Counted from the first letter of the stretch, positions 19,347 through 33,377 are shown. The stretch: 64,000 bases of DNA from Alphaproteobacteria bacterium (GCA_038118725.1 JAYOIK010000003.1:1485-65484), one strand, 5' to 3'. Notes: generated from the letters alone by a model not told the origin. A program made the numbers and translations.

Positions 19347-19841
19347 GTGATGATCATTGTCGGCGTTGGCGCGAACCTGCCTGGTCCAGGGCAAGTCGAC
19401 GCGCGAGGTACTTGCGAGGCCGCGCTACGGGGACTGGAAGAACGAGGCGTCCAGGTCGCCGCGCTTTCCCCCTGGTATGAAAGCGAGCCGGTGCCGCGAT
19501 CCGATCAGCCTTGGTATGTGAACGCGGTGGCGCGCCTGACATGTCACCATGGTGCGAGCGAGCTGTTAACGCTCTTACACGAGGTCGAGGCGGCGTTCGG
19601 ACGCGTCCGAGGGGCCGCGAACGCGGCGCGAACACTTGACCTGGACCTTCTGGATTTCGACGGCGCCGTGAGTGACGAGGGTGCCTGGCCGGTCATGCCA
19701 CATCCGCGAATGCACGCCCGGGCCTTCGTGCTTCTCCCGCTGCGGGATATTGCTCCGGACTGGACACATCCGGTTTCCTGCCTCGGGCTGGATACATTGA
19801 TCGCGGATTTACCTCCTGATCAGCGAATTCGGCGGGTTTAA
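19347..19841 (+). CDS. folK: 2-amino-4-hydroxy-6-hydroxymethyldihydropteridine diphosphokinase
   Basis: WYESEPV...RTLDLDLL...PHPRMHARAFVLLPL are HPPK motifs. Start is GTG 19347 or ATG 19350. Confidence 0.9.
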   Translation: MMIIVGVGANLPGPGQVDARGTCEAALRGLEERGVQVAALSPWYESEPVPRSDQPWYVNAVARLTCHHGASELLTLLHEVEAAFGRVRGAANAARTLDLDLLDFDGAVSDEGAWPVMPHPRMHARAFVLLPLRDIAPDWTHPVSCLGLDTLIADLPPDQRIRRV

Positions 19842-19997
19842 AATCACGTAGGAGCAACGTAGCCCATTTTCCCGTCGCCCCAGCGAAAGCTAGTGCTCGA
19901 AGTCGCTGCCAAGAGCCTCGGCTTGTCCCCGGCGCGACGAAGAAGACGGGATTGAAACCGATACGGCGATAGATTCCGGAAAACCAGGCTTCATCGC

Positions 19998-20063
19998 CGT
20001 CGTCCTCGCGCAAGCGAGGTCCTCTTGAAGGATAGCTCGGTTCCCGTCCGTGCGAGGACGACG
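19998..20063. repeat. degenerate copy of the CGTCGTCCTGGCGCAAGG-type palindromic repeat
   Basis: CGTCGTCCTCGC (19998-20009) pairs with GCGAGGACGACG (20052-20063). The left arm contains the hairpin CCTCGC-gcaa-GCGAGG. It lies between the convergent folK and trmFO ends. Confidence 0.55.
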
Positions 20064-20096
20064 ATCCCAGGCTTTCGATACTCGTGTTCCTTGCGC

Positions 20097-21476
20097 TTAT
20101 TCCGCCGCGCGGGCGGGGCCCTCGCTATTGCTTGCCCAATCGCCGATATCCGCGAGCGCGCGGGTGGCCATGGCTTGTTTGCGATCGCGACCCTTCAGGC
20201 GCCGCTTTTTACCGTTCGCGGTGATCTGCGGCGGGACTGGCGGAAAAAGCCCGAAATTGACGTTCATCGGCTGAAAGGTCTTGGCGTCGGCGCCGCCGGT
20301 GATATGCGAGAGCAGTGCTCCGAGCGCGGTGGTCACCGGCGGCGGCGCGGCGTCCCGACCCAGCCGTTCCGCCGCGGCGAGGCGCCCGGCCAGCAGCCCG
20401 ATCGCGGCGCTTTCGAGATATCCCTCCACCCCAGTGATCTGTCCGGCGAACCGCAATCTCGGTTGCGCCTTGAGACGGAGTTGGTCGTCCAGGAGTATCG
20501 GCGCGTTGATGAAGGTATTGCGATGCAGCCCGCCGAGCCGCGCGAATTCGGCGTTCTGGAGCCCGGGGATCATCCGAAATACCTGGGTCTGGGCGCCGTG
20601 CCGCATCTTGGTCTGAAAACCGACGATGTTGTAGAGCGTTGCCAGCGCGTTGTCCTGGCGAAGCTGAACCACCGCGTGCGCCCGTTCGCCAATTCGCGGG
20701 TCGGTCAGACCGACCGGCTTCATCGGGCCAAAGCGCAATGTCTCCGGTCCGCGCGAGGCCATGACCTCGATCGGCATGCAGCCGTCGAAATAGGGGGTGT
20801 CCTTCTCCCAGTCCTTGAAATCCATGGTCTCGGCGGCGAGCAGGGCGGCGATGAAGGCCTCGTACTGGGCCTCGTCAAGCGGGCAATTGATGTAGTCGGC
20901 GCCGTCGCCCTTGTCGTAGCGGGATTGGAACCAGGCGGTGGAGAAATCGATACTGTCCTTGTGAACGATCGGCGCCAGCGCGTCGAAAAAGGCCAGGGCG
21001 TCCTCGCCGGTAAGCGCCTGGATCGCCTCGGCCAGGGCGGGCGAGGTCAGCGGTCCGGTGGCGACGATGACACTTGACCAATCCTCGGGCGGCAAGCCCG
21101 CGACCTCGCCCCGATCCAAGGTGATCAGCGGTTCCGCCTCGATCGCGCGTTGCACGGCGCCGGAGAAGTCGTGGCGGTCGACGGCGAGCGCGGAGCCAGC
21201 CGGAACCTTCGCGCCATCCGCCGAGGCCATGATCAACGAGCCGCAACGGCGCATCTCCTCGTGCAGAACACCGACCGCGTTGCTCTCGTGATCGTCCGAG
21301 CGAAACGAGTTCGAACAGACGAGTTCGGCGAGACCCTCGGTCTGGTGCGCCTCGGTCATGCGAACCGGACGCATCTCGTGCAGGACCACGGGAACGCCGG
21401 CGCGGGCAAGCTGCCATGCCGCCTCGGAGCCGGCGAGACCGCCGCCGATAACGTGAACCGGAGATATGTCGGACAT
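20097..21476 (-). CDS. trmFO: methylenetetrahydrofolate--tRNA-(uracil-5-)-methyltransferase
   Basis: [24 protein letters not shown]...CNSFRSDD...[14 protein letters not shown] is the canonical TrmFO/Gid sequence. I chose the internal ATG 21476. Confidence 0.95.
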   Translation of the reverse strand: MSDISPVHVIGGGLAGSEAAWQLARAGVPVVLHEMRPVRMTEAHQTEGLAELVCSNSFRSDDHESNAVGVLHEEMRRCGSLIMASADGAKVPAGSALAVDRHDFSGAVQRAIEAEPLITLDRGEVAGLPPEDWSSVIVATGPLTSPALAEAIQALTGEDALAFFDALAPIVHKDSIDFSTAWFQSRYDKGDGADYINCPLDEAQYEAFIAALLAAETMDFKDWEKDTPYFDGCMPIEVMASRGPETLRFGPMKPVGLTDPRIGERAHAVVQLRQDNALATLYNIVGFQTKMRHGAQTQVFRMIPGLQNAEFARLGGLHRNTFINAPILLDDQLRLKAQPRLRFAGQITGVEGYLESAAIGLLAGRLAAAERLGRDAAPPPVTTALGALLSHITGGADAKTFQPMNVNFGLFPPVPPQITANGKKRRLKGRDRKQAMATRALADIGDWASNSEGPARAAE

Positions 21477-21559
21477 GGGATTGAAGCTCCACACTAGCGG
21501 GCCGTCTATCCGACAGTGCATACTCTTGCCGCGCGCCGGGTTCAACGGCTGACGCGACG

Positions 21560-22885
21560 GTGGCTGTCCCGAGTGCGGACTTGGATGGCGGAAACGGTAA
21601 CGAGACGGCGATGGCGGACGATCCGGAAGAGGAAGTCATACCGGGCAAGGGCGTATTCGCGCCTCGTAAGAAGCTCAACTATCTCGACAGCTATTCCGAC
21701 CAGAAGCTGGATACGAGCGACCCGGCGGTTTTCAAGCAGCGCATGCTCGCCTTCTGCAGAAAGAACGAAAACGCCGCCCGCGCGCTCCTCGCGGGCAATA
21801 TCCAACTCCTTGGCTTCGAGCATGTCAGCGAGAGTTTTGGAGACAAATGGCCAAGGGTGAAGGCGCGGGTGCATTTGCTGACCGAGTCGATCATCAAGAA
21901 GCATATCTCTCGCGACGACATTTATGTCCGGGCCAATGACGAGCAGTTCATCGTGCTGTTCGCCAAGACCGACACCGCGCTTGCCGAGCGCCGCGCCAAG
22001 CGGATTTCGGAAGAGGTGAAAAGAACCCTGCACGGCTTCAACGACGGAACCGAGGGGCTGAGCGCCAAGGCGATGGTCTTCGAGGTGCCGGCGAAGGACC
22101 CGGAGAAACTAGCCTCGGCCGCGGATCTGTCGAAATCCGTCGAGGAAGCGCGCGAGGAGAAGGAAGCCGAGGAGCGCCGCGCCTTCGACGAGGCCAAGGA
22201 CGAGATGCGGCTGACATTCTGGCCAATCGCCAATGTTCGAAAGCGTCTGGTTTCCATGTATCAGGCGAATGTCGTGGTCCCCGAGGGCAAGATGCCGGAG
22301 GTTGAAAGCGAGTCCGGCGCGCTTGAAGCGGCATTGGACACCTTCGCGCTCGGCGCGTCGGTTCCGGCGCTAGCCGAGGCGCTAGGCGCTCGCAGCCGCG
22401 CGTTTCTGGTTGTGCCGGTGCATTTGGAAACCTTGGACGTCAAGCGCTTTCGAGAGGCCTACCTGGATCAATGCAGGGAACTGCCGCAGGTCAGCTCGAA
22501 GCGGCTGCTACTCATGGTCGACGGGATCCCCGACGACGTGCCGCAATCCAAACTGCACGCGGTCTTTTCCTATGTCGCGCCGTTTGTCGCCGGTTTCGTG
22601 GGGCGTTTTCATGCCGGCTTCGAGCGTGGTGAGAAACTGGGGGGCGTTTCGTTTGTCGGCTTGGCCGTCAGTGGCGCCGGTGTGGCCGGAGGAACGGATT
22701 TGGACGAGCGGGCCTACGGCGCTTTCGTTGAGCGAAATCGCGTGGGCAAGTCCCGTGGCTTCTTTACCGAGGCGGAAACCATCGATGCCGCGACAATGGC
22801 CCGAAAGGCCGGATTCGACTATGTCCAGGGGATCGGTGTCGCGCCCGCGATGAGCCAATTCGGGGCGGTGTTCTCCATCACCTGA
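21560..22885 (+). CDS. degenerate GGDEF-like / EAL-like two-domain protein (catalytic motifs absent)
   Basis: The N-terminal half follows the GGDEF-domain pattern but reads RANDEQF where R-GGDEF is expected. The C-terminal half follows the EAL-domain pattern ([10 protein letters not shown]..., [38 protein letters not shown]) without EAL, ExTE or DDFG residues. Start may be GTG 21560 or ATG 21611. Confidence 0.6.
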   Translation: MAVPSADLDGGNGNETAMADDPEEEVIPGKGVFAPRKKLNYLDSYSDQKLDTSDPAVFKQRMLAFCRKNENAARALLAGNIQLLGFEHVSESFGDKWPRVKARVHLLTESIIKKHISRDDIYVRANDEQFIVLFAKTDTALAERRAKRISEEVKRTLHGFNDGTEGLSAKAMVFEVPAKDPEKLASAADLSKSVEEAREEKEAEERRAFDEAKDEMRLTFWPIANVRKRLVSMYQANVVVPEGKMPEVESESGALEAALDTFALGASVPALAEALGARSRAFLVVPVHLETLDVKRFREAYLDQCRELPQVSSKRLLLMVDGIPDDVPQSKLHAVFSYVAPFVAGFVGRFHAGFERGEKLGGVSFVGLAVSGAGVAGGTDLDERAYGAFVERNRVGKSRGFFTEAETIDAATMARKAGFDYVQGIGVAPAMSQFGAVFSIT

Positions 22886-24545
22886 GTTGCGCGAGATCCT
22901 TGGTGACTTGGGCTATCACGGGCTTCCAGGCCTTGGATTGGTCTTGGCGGTAGAGGCGGACACTGGGATACCAAATGCTGTCCGGACGGTGCATCAGCCA
23001 GCGCCAATCCGGGACATGAGCAAGCAAGACCCAAGTCCTGACCCCGAGTGTGCCCGCGAGATGGGCGTTGACCGTATCGACGGTGATCATCAGGTCAAGT
23101 CCGCGGATCAGAGCGGCGGCTTTCAGGAAACCCGGGGTTTCGGAATGGAAAACCAACCGGTGCCTGAAAGAGCAGCTGGCCGTTTGATCAAGCGCCTCAC
23201 CGTGCTGGATAACGTGCAATCGGATATTGGGAAGGTCAGCGAGCGGCGCCAGAAGTTCCAGGGGAATCGATCTTTCATGATCGCGGTGATGCTTCGGGTT
23301 GCCCGCCCAGACCAGCCCGACATCCAGAACGCCCTCTGTCTTGGAGCGGATCCAGGGCGTCGGCGGATTCAGGAAGGTGAGGGGTGAAGAAACGCTGTCC
23401 GGCGTATCACCGGAAAGCCGCGCCAACGACATCAGCGGGATGTGGTAGTCCGCCGGCGGCGGTGCCTCCTGGCCGCGAGCATGAACGGTTCCGGTATCCG
23501 GCGATAGCCGCAGCAGGGGCGTGAGTTCCGGTTGCGCCTCCAGATGGGGTATTCCTCCGCGTTCGGTAACAAGACGCATGTAGCGGCTGAAATGAATGGT
23601 GTCGCCCAGGCCTTGCTCGGCCCAAACCATCACCGTCTCGCCGTTGAGGTCTCGCCCGTCCCAAAGTGCCTGGCCCGGCTCTCTCCAGGCGGTGGTCTGG
23701 GCCCGCGAACGCCAGCGATGCTCAAAGGCGGAGAAGCCGCGGGCGAAATCGCCTGAAAGCAACAGCATCAGAGCGCGATTGAACTGGTAGTCGGCGTTCT
23801 CGGGCGCGATGAGCACCGCCCTGTCATGAGCCCGGATCGAAGCGGGTATCGCGGCGTCCCGTTCAAGCAGATTGCCGAGATTATACCAGGCGGGCGCGAA
23901 TCCCGGCGCGGAGACGAGGCTTCGCCGATAGGCTTTTCGCGCGGCCTCGGGATCGCCGAGTTCGACCCGCGCGGCGCCGAGATTGGACAGGAATGTCGGA
24001 TCTCCCGGAATCACGCAAAGCCCGCGCAACGCGGCACGCGACGCGATGTTCGGCTCCTTGGTCTCCGAGGCCCATAGAACGCGGGCCATCAGCGCGATCG
24101 GGTCACCCGGTTGGACCAGGACCGCTCGTCGCGAGGCCCGGTCCTGGGCGAGGGGGCGGTCCATGCCGCCAAGGGATCTCGCGAGATTATTGAGGGCGGT
24201 CGGATGGATCGGCGATACGATCAAGGCCCGGCGCGCGACCCTCTCGGCCTCCGGCTTGTCGGCGCGGCGTAGAGCGATGCCCGAGGCATTGATCAGAACC
24301 GCCGCATCGCTCGGCGCCAGCACCAGGGCTCGAACAATTGCGGTTCGAGCGCCGTCCAGATCGCCTAGATCCAGCGCGGCGGCGGCGACCGCCCCCCAGA
24401 GCCTATGATGCCCCGGCAGGGTTCGCGCGGCGTTGTCGTATAGACGCAGAGCGCCTTGGAAATCTCCGGAGCGATGCAGGGCGAATGCGCGGTCCAGACT
24501 CGCCGCGAGATCCGAATGCCCGGGAGACGCATTGCCGGAGGTCAA
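22878..24545 (-). CDS. TPR-repeat protein with a C-terminal glycosyltransferase family 9-like domain
   Basis: N-terminal ~280 aa of TPR-like Ala/Leu-rich repeats. The C-terminus reads WAEQGLGDTIHFSRY...VGLVWAGNPKHHRDHERS...ITVDTVNAHLAGTLGVRTWVLL (GT9/heptosyltransferase-like). Confidence 0.75.
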   Translation of the reverse strand: MTSGNASPGHSDLAASLDRAFALHRSGDFQGALRLYDNAARTLPGHHRLWGAVAAAALDLGDLDGARTAIVRALVLAPSDAAVLINASGIALRRADKPEAERVARRALIVSPIHPTALNNLARSLGGMDRPLAQDRASRRAVLVQPGDPIALMARVLWASETKEPNIASRAALRGLCVIPGDPTFLSNLGAARVELGDPEAARKAYRRSLVSAPGFAPAWYNLGNLLERDAAIPASIRAHDRAVLIAPENADYQFNRALMLLLSGDFARGFSAFEHRWRSRAQTTAWREPGQALWDGRDLNGETVMVWAEQGLGDTIHFSRYMRLVTERGGIPHLEAQPELTPLLRLSPDTGTVHARGQEAPPPADYHIPLMSLARLSGDTPDSVSSPLTFLNPPTPWIRSKTEGVLDVGLVWAGNPKHHRDHERSIPLELLAPLADLPNIRLHVIQHGEALDQTASCSFRHRLVFHSETPGFLKAAALIRGLDLMITVDTVNAHLAGTLGVRTWVLLAHVPDWRWLMHRPDSIWYPSVRLYRQDQSKAWKPVIAQVTKDLAQLR

Positions 24546-24560
24546 GTACCGCCTCCGACG

Positions 24561-27425
<2,865 letters not shown>

Positions 27426-27733
27426 GCCGCTTTCGCCAATACTTGCCGTGCCAGTGCTCGGGAATGAGTCGGGACCGATAATATATGGCCCCGGCGGAGG
27501 CGATGGCTACTGCCAGAAACCGATCCGGGGAACTTCTTTTGGGGGTAAAATGTGGACAACCGAACATCTCTGTTTTGATTCAAGTCGTTGGCGCGCGAGG
27601 CCAATTTCCGGGCCGATGGCGGGATGAAAAAATCTTCCGGCATTCGGCCCTAAAGCGCGCACTTCCCGTTGTCCGAACCATCCCCGGTGTGGGACAGTGC
27701 GGTCGATTCGACATCGAACCCCGGGCGGAAATC

Positions 27734-28225
27734 ATGGCAGGTAGCGTTAACAAGGTCATTCTCGTTGGTAATCTCGGTCGCGATCCCGAAGTGCGCAGCA
27801 TGCAGGACGGTGGCAAGATCGTGCAGCTTTCGGTCGCCACCTCGGAAAACTGGCGCGACCGCAATACCGGTGAACGCCGCGAGCGCACGGAGTGGCATCG
27901 CGTGGTGATCTTCAACGAGAATCTCGCCAAGGTCGCCGAGCAGTATCTGCGCAAGGGCTCGTCGATCTATGTCGAAGGCCAGTTGCAAACCCGCAAATGG
28001 ACCGACCAACAGGGCCAGGAACGCTACACCACCGAGGTGGTGCTGCAACGCTATCGCGGCGAACTGACGATGCTAGGCGGGCGTGGCGACGGTGGCCCGG
28101 GCGGCGGTGGCGGCGGCGGTTATGACGACTACGACCAAAGCGGCGGCGGCGCGCCGAGCGCCGGCGGTGGCCGCGGCGCTCCGGCGGGCGGTCCCGACGA
28201 CCTGGACGATGAAATCCCGTTTTAA
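27734..28225 (+). CDS. ssb: single-stranded DNA-binding protein
   Basis: [21 protein letters not shown]...TEWHRVVIF, a Gly-rich linker, and the C-terminal DDLDDEIPF. Divergent from uvrA. I chose the internal ATG 27734. Confidence 0.95.
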   Translation: MAGSVNKVILVGNLGRDPEVRSMQDGGKIVQLSVATSENWRDRNTGERRERTEWHRVVIFNENLAKVAEQYLRKGSSIYVEGQLQTRKWTDQQGQERYTTEVVLQRYRGELTMLGGRGDGGPGGGGGGGYDDYDQSGGGAPSAGGGRGAPAGGPDDLDDEIPF

Positions 28226-28231
28226 CGGTCG

Positions 28232-28386
28232 CGCGAGGCCCTGGCTTTCGCCAGGGATTCGGCGAGAGATGGCGCGACGGGCGGCGAATCTCCTTTTCCC
28301 GGTTATCGAATCCCTGGACTTGATCCAGGGTCTGTCCCGGGCGTCTCTCTGGCGGCGCGAGACCCTGGCTTTCGCCAGGGATTCGC
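28232..28386. repeat. mosaic of three hairpin repeat units (direct, inverted, direct) between ssb and gyrA
   Basis: CGCGAGGCCCTGGCTTTCGCCAGGGATTCG (28232-28261), CGAATCCCTGGACTTGATCCAGGGTCTG (28307-28334, inverted orientation), and CGCGAGACCCTGGCTTTCGCCAGGGATTCG (28356-28385). Each has a CCCTGG(C)/(G)CCAGGG stem. Confidence 0.8.
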
Positions 28387-28592
28387 GTTGGTGGGAGCGG
28401 CGGGCGCGCGAATGGGCGCGGCTTATTTCGAGCGACCCTATAAGCTATTGAAAAATCGTATTTATTAGGTGCCTTTCTCGGGGCGGCGGCATTGTTCGCG
28501 GATGCGAAATATGCTATTGTTTTGGGGCGAATCGTGGGGCCGTTTCTTGGCTCCGCAGATCGAGAAATTTACGCAACTCACTCGGCGGTATC

Positions 28593-31409
28593 GTGACCGA
28601 TTCGGACCAACATCTTCCCGACATCGCGCCCGTTTCAATCGAAGACGAAATGAAGCGCTCCTATCTCGATTACGCGATGAGCGTGATCGTGTCCCGAGCG
28701 CTCCCGGATGTCCGAGACGGCCTTAAACCCGTGCATCGCCGCATTCTTTACGCGATGAAGGACGGCGGTTACGACTGGACCCGTCCGTATCGCAAATCGG
28801 CGCGTATCGTCGGTGACGTCATGGGTATGTATCACCCGCATGGCGATAGCGCGATCTACGACACCATGGTCCGCATGGCGCAGGATTTTTCCATGCGCCT
28901 GCCCTTGGTGGATGGTCAGGGTAACTTCGGCTCGATGGACGGCGATCCTCCGGCGGCGCACCGGTATACCGAGGCGCGGCTCGCGAAATCCGCCGAGGGT
29001 CTGCTGCGGGATATCGACAAGGACACCGTCGATTTCGTCCCCAATTATGACGAAAGCACGACCGAGCCCTCGGTCCTGCCGGCGGAGTTTCCCAACCTGC
29101 TGGTCAACGGCGCCGGCGGCATCGCCGTGGGCATGGCGACCAACATCCCGCCGCATAATCTGGGCGAGGTGGTCGATGCCTGCCTCGGTTATATCGACAA
29201 TCCCGGGATCACCATCGATGAGCTGATGGAGATCGTGCCGGGCCCCGATTTTCCGACCGGCGGCACGATCCTCGGGCGCGCCGGTATCCGCGAGGCGTAT
29301 CACACCGGGCGTGGCTCGGTGATCATGCGGGCCAAGGCCGAGATCCAAGAGATCCGAAAGGACCGTTTCGCGATCATCGTCTCAGAGATTCCCTACCAAG
29401 TGAACAAGGCTCGGATGATGGAGCGGATCGGCGAGATCGTCCGCGAGAAAATCGTCGAGGGTATATCGGATCTTCGCGACGAGAGCGATCGCGACGGCGT
29501 GCGCGTGGTGATCGAGTTGAAGCGCGACGCGGTACCAGAGGTGGTGCTGGCGCAGCTCTATCGTTTCACCGCGATGCAGACCTCGTTCGGCGTAAACATG
29601 CTGGCGCTCAACCAGGGGCGCCCGGAGCAGCTCAATCTGCGCGACATCATCGGCGCCTTCGTGGCGTTCCGAGAGCAGGTGATCACCCGGCGTACGGCCT
29701 ATCTGTTGCGGCGCGCGCGGGACCGGGCGCATGTCTTGGCCGGCTTGCTGGTGGCGCTGAACAATATCGACGAGATGATCGCGCTGATCCGCGCCGCCGC
29801 CGACGCCGCGGAGGCTCGCCGGGAAATGACGTCGCGGGATTGGCCGGCCGAGGGTGTCGCCGACTTCATCGCGATCATTGATGATCCCGGGCACGTGGTC
29901 GTGGACGGTCGTTATCGCCTGTCCGACGCGCAAGCCCGCGCGATCCTGGAATTGCGCTTGCAACGCCTGACTGGGATGGAGCGCTCCAAGCTGGTCGAGG
30001 AGACCCAGGAGCTCGCCGGCAAGATCGCGGAATATCTGGAGATCCTGCAATCCCGCCCGCGTCTGTTGGACGTGATGCGCGAGGAATTGGTCAGCGCAAA
30101 GGAAACGTTCTCGACGCCGCGCCGCACGGTGCTCGAGGAGAACGAGTTCGAACACGACATCGAGGACCTTATCCAACGCGAGGACATGGTCGTCACCGTC
30201 AGCCTCAACGGCTACATCAAGCGGGTACCGCTCTCGGCCTATCGCGCGCAACGTCGGGGCGGCAAGGGACGCTCCGGGATGTCGACCCGCGAGGAGGATG
30301 TGGTCAACCGGCTTTTCGTGGCCAATACCCACACGCCGATCCTGTTCTTCACCTCGCGCGGCATGGTCTATCAGATGAAGGTCTATCGCCTGCCGCTGGC
30401 GACCCCGCAAGCGCGCGGCAAGGCGATGGTCAATCTGCTGCCCCTGGAGGAGGGGGAGTGGATCCAGACGGTTATGCCGATGCCCGCCGACGAGGAGGCT
30501 TGGGGCGATCTGCACGTCATGTTCGCGACCTCCGCCGGCACGGTACGCCGGAACGCGTTGTCCGACTTCACCGAGATCCGCCGCAACGGCAAGATCGCCA
30601 TGAAGCTGGACGATGGCGATCAGTTGATCAGCGTGCAGCCCTGTACCGAGGATAGCGACGTGTTGCTCGCCACCCGCAAGGGCAAGGCGATCCGCTTCCA
30701 AACCTCCGATGTCCGCGTGTTCCAAAGCCGCGGTTCAATGGGCGTGCGGGGTATCAGGCTGGCCAAGGATGATGTCGTGGTTTCCATGTCGATCCTGCGT
30801 CATGTCGACTACGAGGACGTGCCGGGGACCGATCAGCAAGAGCGCGAGGTGTATCTTCGACAAACCGCGCATCTGCGCAAGCTGGCGGGCGAAGGCGACG
30901 GCGAGGGTGGCGGCAATGGAGAGGCCTCCTCGCCGCCGGAGTTCTTGCTGAGCGAGGAACGCCTGGCCAAGCTCGGCGCCGCCGAGGAATTCATCTTGAC
31001 GGTGACCTCCACCGGCATCGGCAAGCGCACCTCCGCCTATGAATACCGGATCACCAATCGCGGTGGTCAGGGTATCTGGAACATGGATATGACCGACAAG
31101 GTGGGCGACGTTGTTTCCGCCTTCCCGGTTAATCACATGGATCAGATCATGCTGGTCACCGACGCCGGACAGCTTATTCGCTGCGCCGTTGACGAGATCG
31201 GCATCAAGGGCCGACGTACCCAGGGCGTTTGGGTATTCCGGGTCAGCGACGACGAAAAAGTCGTTTCGGTCAGCCTGATCGGCGAGGATTCAGGCGACGA
31301 CGCCGACGAGGCCCCCGATGGTGAACTCGTGGAAGGCGAGGCAGGCGTAACCGGAGGGGATGACGATCATTCCGACCCGGATGATGATACCGCCGAGCCA
31401 ACGTCTTGA
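28593..31409 (+). CDS. gyrA: DNA gyrase subunit A
   Basis: 938 aa: [33 protein letters not shown]...[10 protein letters not shown], with an acidic C-terminal tail. GTG start. Confidence 0.98.
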   Translation: MTDSDQHLPDIAPVSIEDEMKRSYLDYAMSVIVSRALPDVRDGLKPVHRRILYAMKDGGYDWTRPYRKSARIVGDVMGMYHPHGDSAIYDTMVRMAQDFSMRLPLVDGQGNFGSMDGDPPAAHRYTEARLAKSAEGLLRDIDKDTVDFVPNYDESTTEPSVLPAEFPNLLVNGAGGIAVGMATNIPPHNLGEVVDACLGYIDNPGITIDELMEIVPGPDFPTGGTILGRAGIREAYHTGRGSVIMRAKAEIQEIRKDRFAIIVSEIPYQVNKARMMERIGEIVREKIVEGISDLRDESDRDGVRVVIELKRDAVPEVVLAQLYRFTAMQTSFGVNMLALNQGRPEQLNLRDIIGAFVAFREQVITRRTAYLLRRARDRAHVLAGLLVALNNIDEMIALIRAAADAAEARREMTSRDWPAEGVADFIAIIDDPGHVVVDGRYRLSDAQARAILELRLQRLTGMERSKLVEETQELAGKIAEYLEILQSRPRLLDVMREELVSAKETFSTPRRTVLEENEFEHDIEDLIQREDMVVTVSLNGYIKRVPLSAYRAQRRGGKGRSGMSTREEDVVNRLFVANTHTPILFFTSRGMVYQMKVYRLPLATPQARGKAMVNLLPLEEGEWIQTVMPMPADEEAWGDLHVMFATSAGTVRRNALSDFTEIRRNGKIAMKLDDGDQLISVQPCTEDSDVLLATRKGKAIRFQTSDVRVFQSRGSMGVRGIRLAKDDVVVSMSILRHVDYEDVPGTDQQEREVYLRQTAHLRKLAGEGDGEGGGNGEASSPPEFLLSEERLAKLGAAEEFILTVTSTGIGKRTSAYEYRITNRGGQGIWNMDMTDKVGDVVSAFPVNHMDQIMLVTDAGQLIRCAVDEIGIKGRRTQGVWVFRVSDDEKVVSVSLIGEDSGDDADEAPDGELVEGEAGVTGGDDDHSDPDDDTAEPTS

Positions 31410-31461
31410 TCTCCAGGGCGTGAACCAATAGCAATGGCACTGGGATTAATCGGAGGCTGAC

Positions 31462-31980
31462 ATGCGTATTGGTGTCTATCCCGGCACGTTCGACCCGATC
31501 ACGAACGGCCATATCGACATCATCAGACGGGCGAGCAAGATGTTGGACCGGCTGATCGTCGGCGCGGCGCGCAATCCGGGTAAGGGGCCGATGTTCAGCC
31601 TCGATGAACGTTCGGAGATGGTGCGGGACGAACTGTCGGCCGTTCACGAGGACAACAGGCGCACCGGCCATGAATGCGAGATAGAAGTCACGTCCTTCGA
31701 CAATCTGCTCATCCATTTCGCGCAAGAGAACAACGCCCGCTTCATTATCCGAGGGCTCCGCGCCGTGTCCGATTTCGACTATGAGTTTCAGATGGTCGGG
31801 ATGAACGCGCGGCTGAATCCGGAAATCGAAACGGTGTTCCTGATGGCCTCGGAAAAGCACCAATTCATCGCCTCGCGCCTAGTCAAGGAAATCGCGATAC
31901 TGGGTGGCGAGATTCACCAATTCGTCCCTCCTCGGGTTGAACAGCGCGTTCGCGCGGCGATTGCCAAGACCGTCGACTGA
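31462..31980 (+). CDS. coaD: pantetheine-phosphate adenylyltransferase
   Basis: RIGVYPGTFDPITNGHIDIIRRA...RGLRAVSDFDYEFQMVGMN. Confidence 0.95.
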   Translation: MRIGVYPGTFDPITNGHIDIIRRASKMLDRLIVGAARNPGKGPMFSLDERSEMVRDELSAVHEDNRRTGHECEIEVTSFDNLLIHFAQENNARFIIRGLRAVSDFDYEFQMVGMNARLNPEIETVFLMASEKHQFIASRLVKEIAILGGEIHQFVPPRVEQRVRAAIAKTVD

Positions 31981-32291
31981 CAGGGGCTTCGTCGCGGCTG
32001 TCGCGGCACGGCGTTCTCCCGAGCGCGCCGGCCCCGTGTTGCGTGGTGAATGGTGGGAAAGAGCGTCGGGCGCGGATGAACGACGGTTTCAAGATACCGG
32101 TCATGGTTCGAGAGTATGCCGCGCGGAACTATCTCTCGTTTGTAGACGGTTCCGGAAAAGACCAGAAGCGGTTTAGCTGAAAATAGTATCCGCGATCGCT
32201 CTCCGCGTTTTGCGGCCTCGTTGACCGATTCGAGCGCGCTATCCGCGGAACCGGTATATCCTTTCAATCAAGATTTCGTGGCAGATCTTGC

Positions 32292-33320
32292 GTGTCACGG
32301 TCTCCTATGTCACAAGATACGGACCAATCACGATCCGCGAGAAACATGATGTCTCGGCTATCGGCGGCTGTTGTTTTCGGTTTGATCCTGGCATGGCTAT
32401 CGCCGGGTTCAGTGATGGCCAGCGAGGATTTCTCCACATGGCTGAAAGGCGTGCGGGCGGAGGCCCGGTCCCAGGGCATATCCCAGGCAACCCTGGACGC
32501 CGCGTTTAAGGGCGTGGAGCCGATTAGTCGGGTGATCGAGCTGGATCGCCGGCAGCCCGAGTTCACGCTGACTTTCAAGAAGTATTTGCAACGGGTGGTC
32601 AATGACCGCCGGGTGCGGATCGGCAAGGCCAAGCTGGCCGAGCATCGCGAGCTACTGGCTGAAATATCGCGAAAGTACCGGGTTCAGCCACGTTTCATCG
32701 TGGCGCTTTGGGCGATAGAGACCGATTTCGGACGGATTACCGGCGGCTTTCCGGTGATTGCGTCGTTGGCGACGCTGGCTCATGACGGGCGGCGCAGCAA
32801 GTTCTTCCGCAAGGAATTGATGCTGGCGCTGCGGATCATTGATCAGGGCCATATCGCGGCGAAGGATATGAAAGGTTCCTGGGCCGGGGCAATGGGTCAG
32901 AACCAGTTCATGCCGTCTAGTTTCCAGGCCTACGCGGTCGATTTTGACGGCGACGGAGCCAAGGATATCTGGGGGACCCTGCCAGATATCTTCGCCTCGA
33001 TCGCGAATTATTTGTCGAAATCCGGTTGGCGTGATGACCTGACCTGGGGACGGCCGGCGTCGATTCCCGCGGATTTCGATCCGAACATGACCGGACGAAA
33101 GCCGAAAAAGCGTCTGTCCGAATGGTCGGCGCTAGGGGTGCGCAAGGCGGATGGAAGCGCGCTTCCGACCAGGGATCTCGAGGCCTCGTTGATCTCTCCG
33201 GAGAAGAAAAGCCTCGAGCCGGTTTTCATTGCTTATCATAACTACCACGTCATTTTGCGGTGGAACCGCTCCGACTATTTCGCCGTCGCGGTGGGAACCT
33301 TGTCGGACCGTCTGCGGTGA
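32292..33320 (+). CDS. lytic murein transglycosylase (MltB family)
   Basis: Signal-like segment (AAVVFGLILAWLSPGSVMA), then WAIETDFG...GAMGQNQFMPSSF...DFDGDG, typical of MltB. The true start is possibly ATG 32346/32349. Confidence 0.85.
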   Translation: MSRSPMSQDTDQSRSARNMMSRLSAAVVFGLILAWLSPGSVMASEDFSTWLKGVRAEARSQGISQATLDAAFKGVEPISRVIELDRRQPEFTLTFKKYLQRVVNDRRVRIGKAKLAEHRELLAEISRKYRVQPRFIVALWAIETDFGRITGGFPVIASLATLAHDGRRSKFFRKELMLALRIIDQGHIAAKDMKGSWAGAMGQNQFMPSSFQAYAVDFDGDGAKDIWGTLPDIFASIANYLSKSGWRDDLTWGRPASIPADFDPNMTGRKPKKRLSEWSALGVRKADGSALPTRDLEASLISPEKKSLEPVFIAYHNYHVILRWNRSDYFAVAVGTLSDRLR

Positions 33321-33377
33321 TGGTTCATCCAGCAATCGCGCGAGCGAGAAATTCAGTTGGGAAAGAGTGATCCAGGT

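Noticed and set aside
19890-19994. 34-codon minus-strand ORF (MKPGFPESIAVSVSIPSSSSRRGQAEALGSDFEH) in the folK/trmFO gap.
   Set aside because: Many A/T-ending codons run contrary to the local coding bias. It has no obvious ribosome-binding site and abuts a repeat element.
27426-27733. Searched the divergent uvrA/ssb spacer for an alphaproteobacterial SOS box (GAAC-N7-GAAC / GTTC-N7-GTTC).
   Set aside because: I found only partial matches (GAACATCTCTGTTTT, GAACCCCGGGCGGAA) and no clean direct repeat, so no LexA site can be supported by eye. A position-weight-matrix scan would be needed.
29382-30725. 447-aa ORF antisense to gyrA.
   Set aside because: It is a shadow ORF inside a highly conserved gene.
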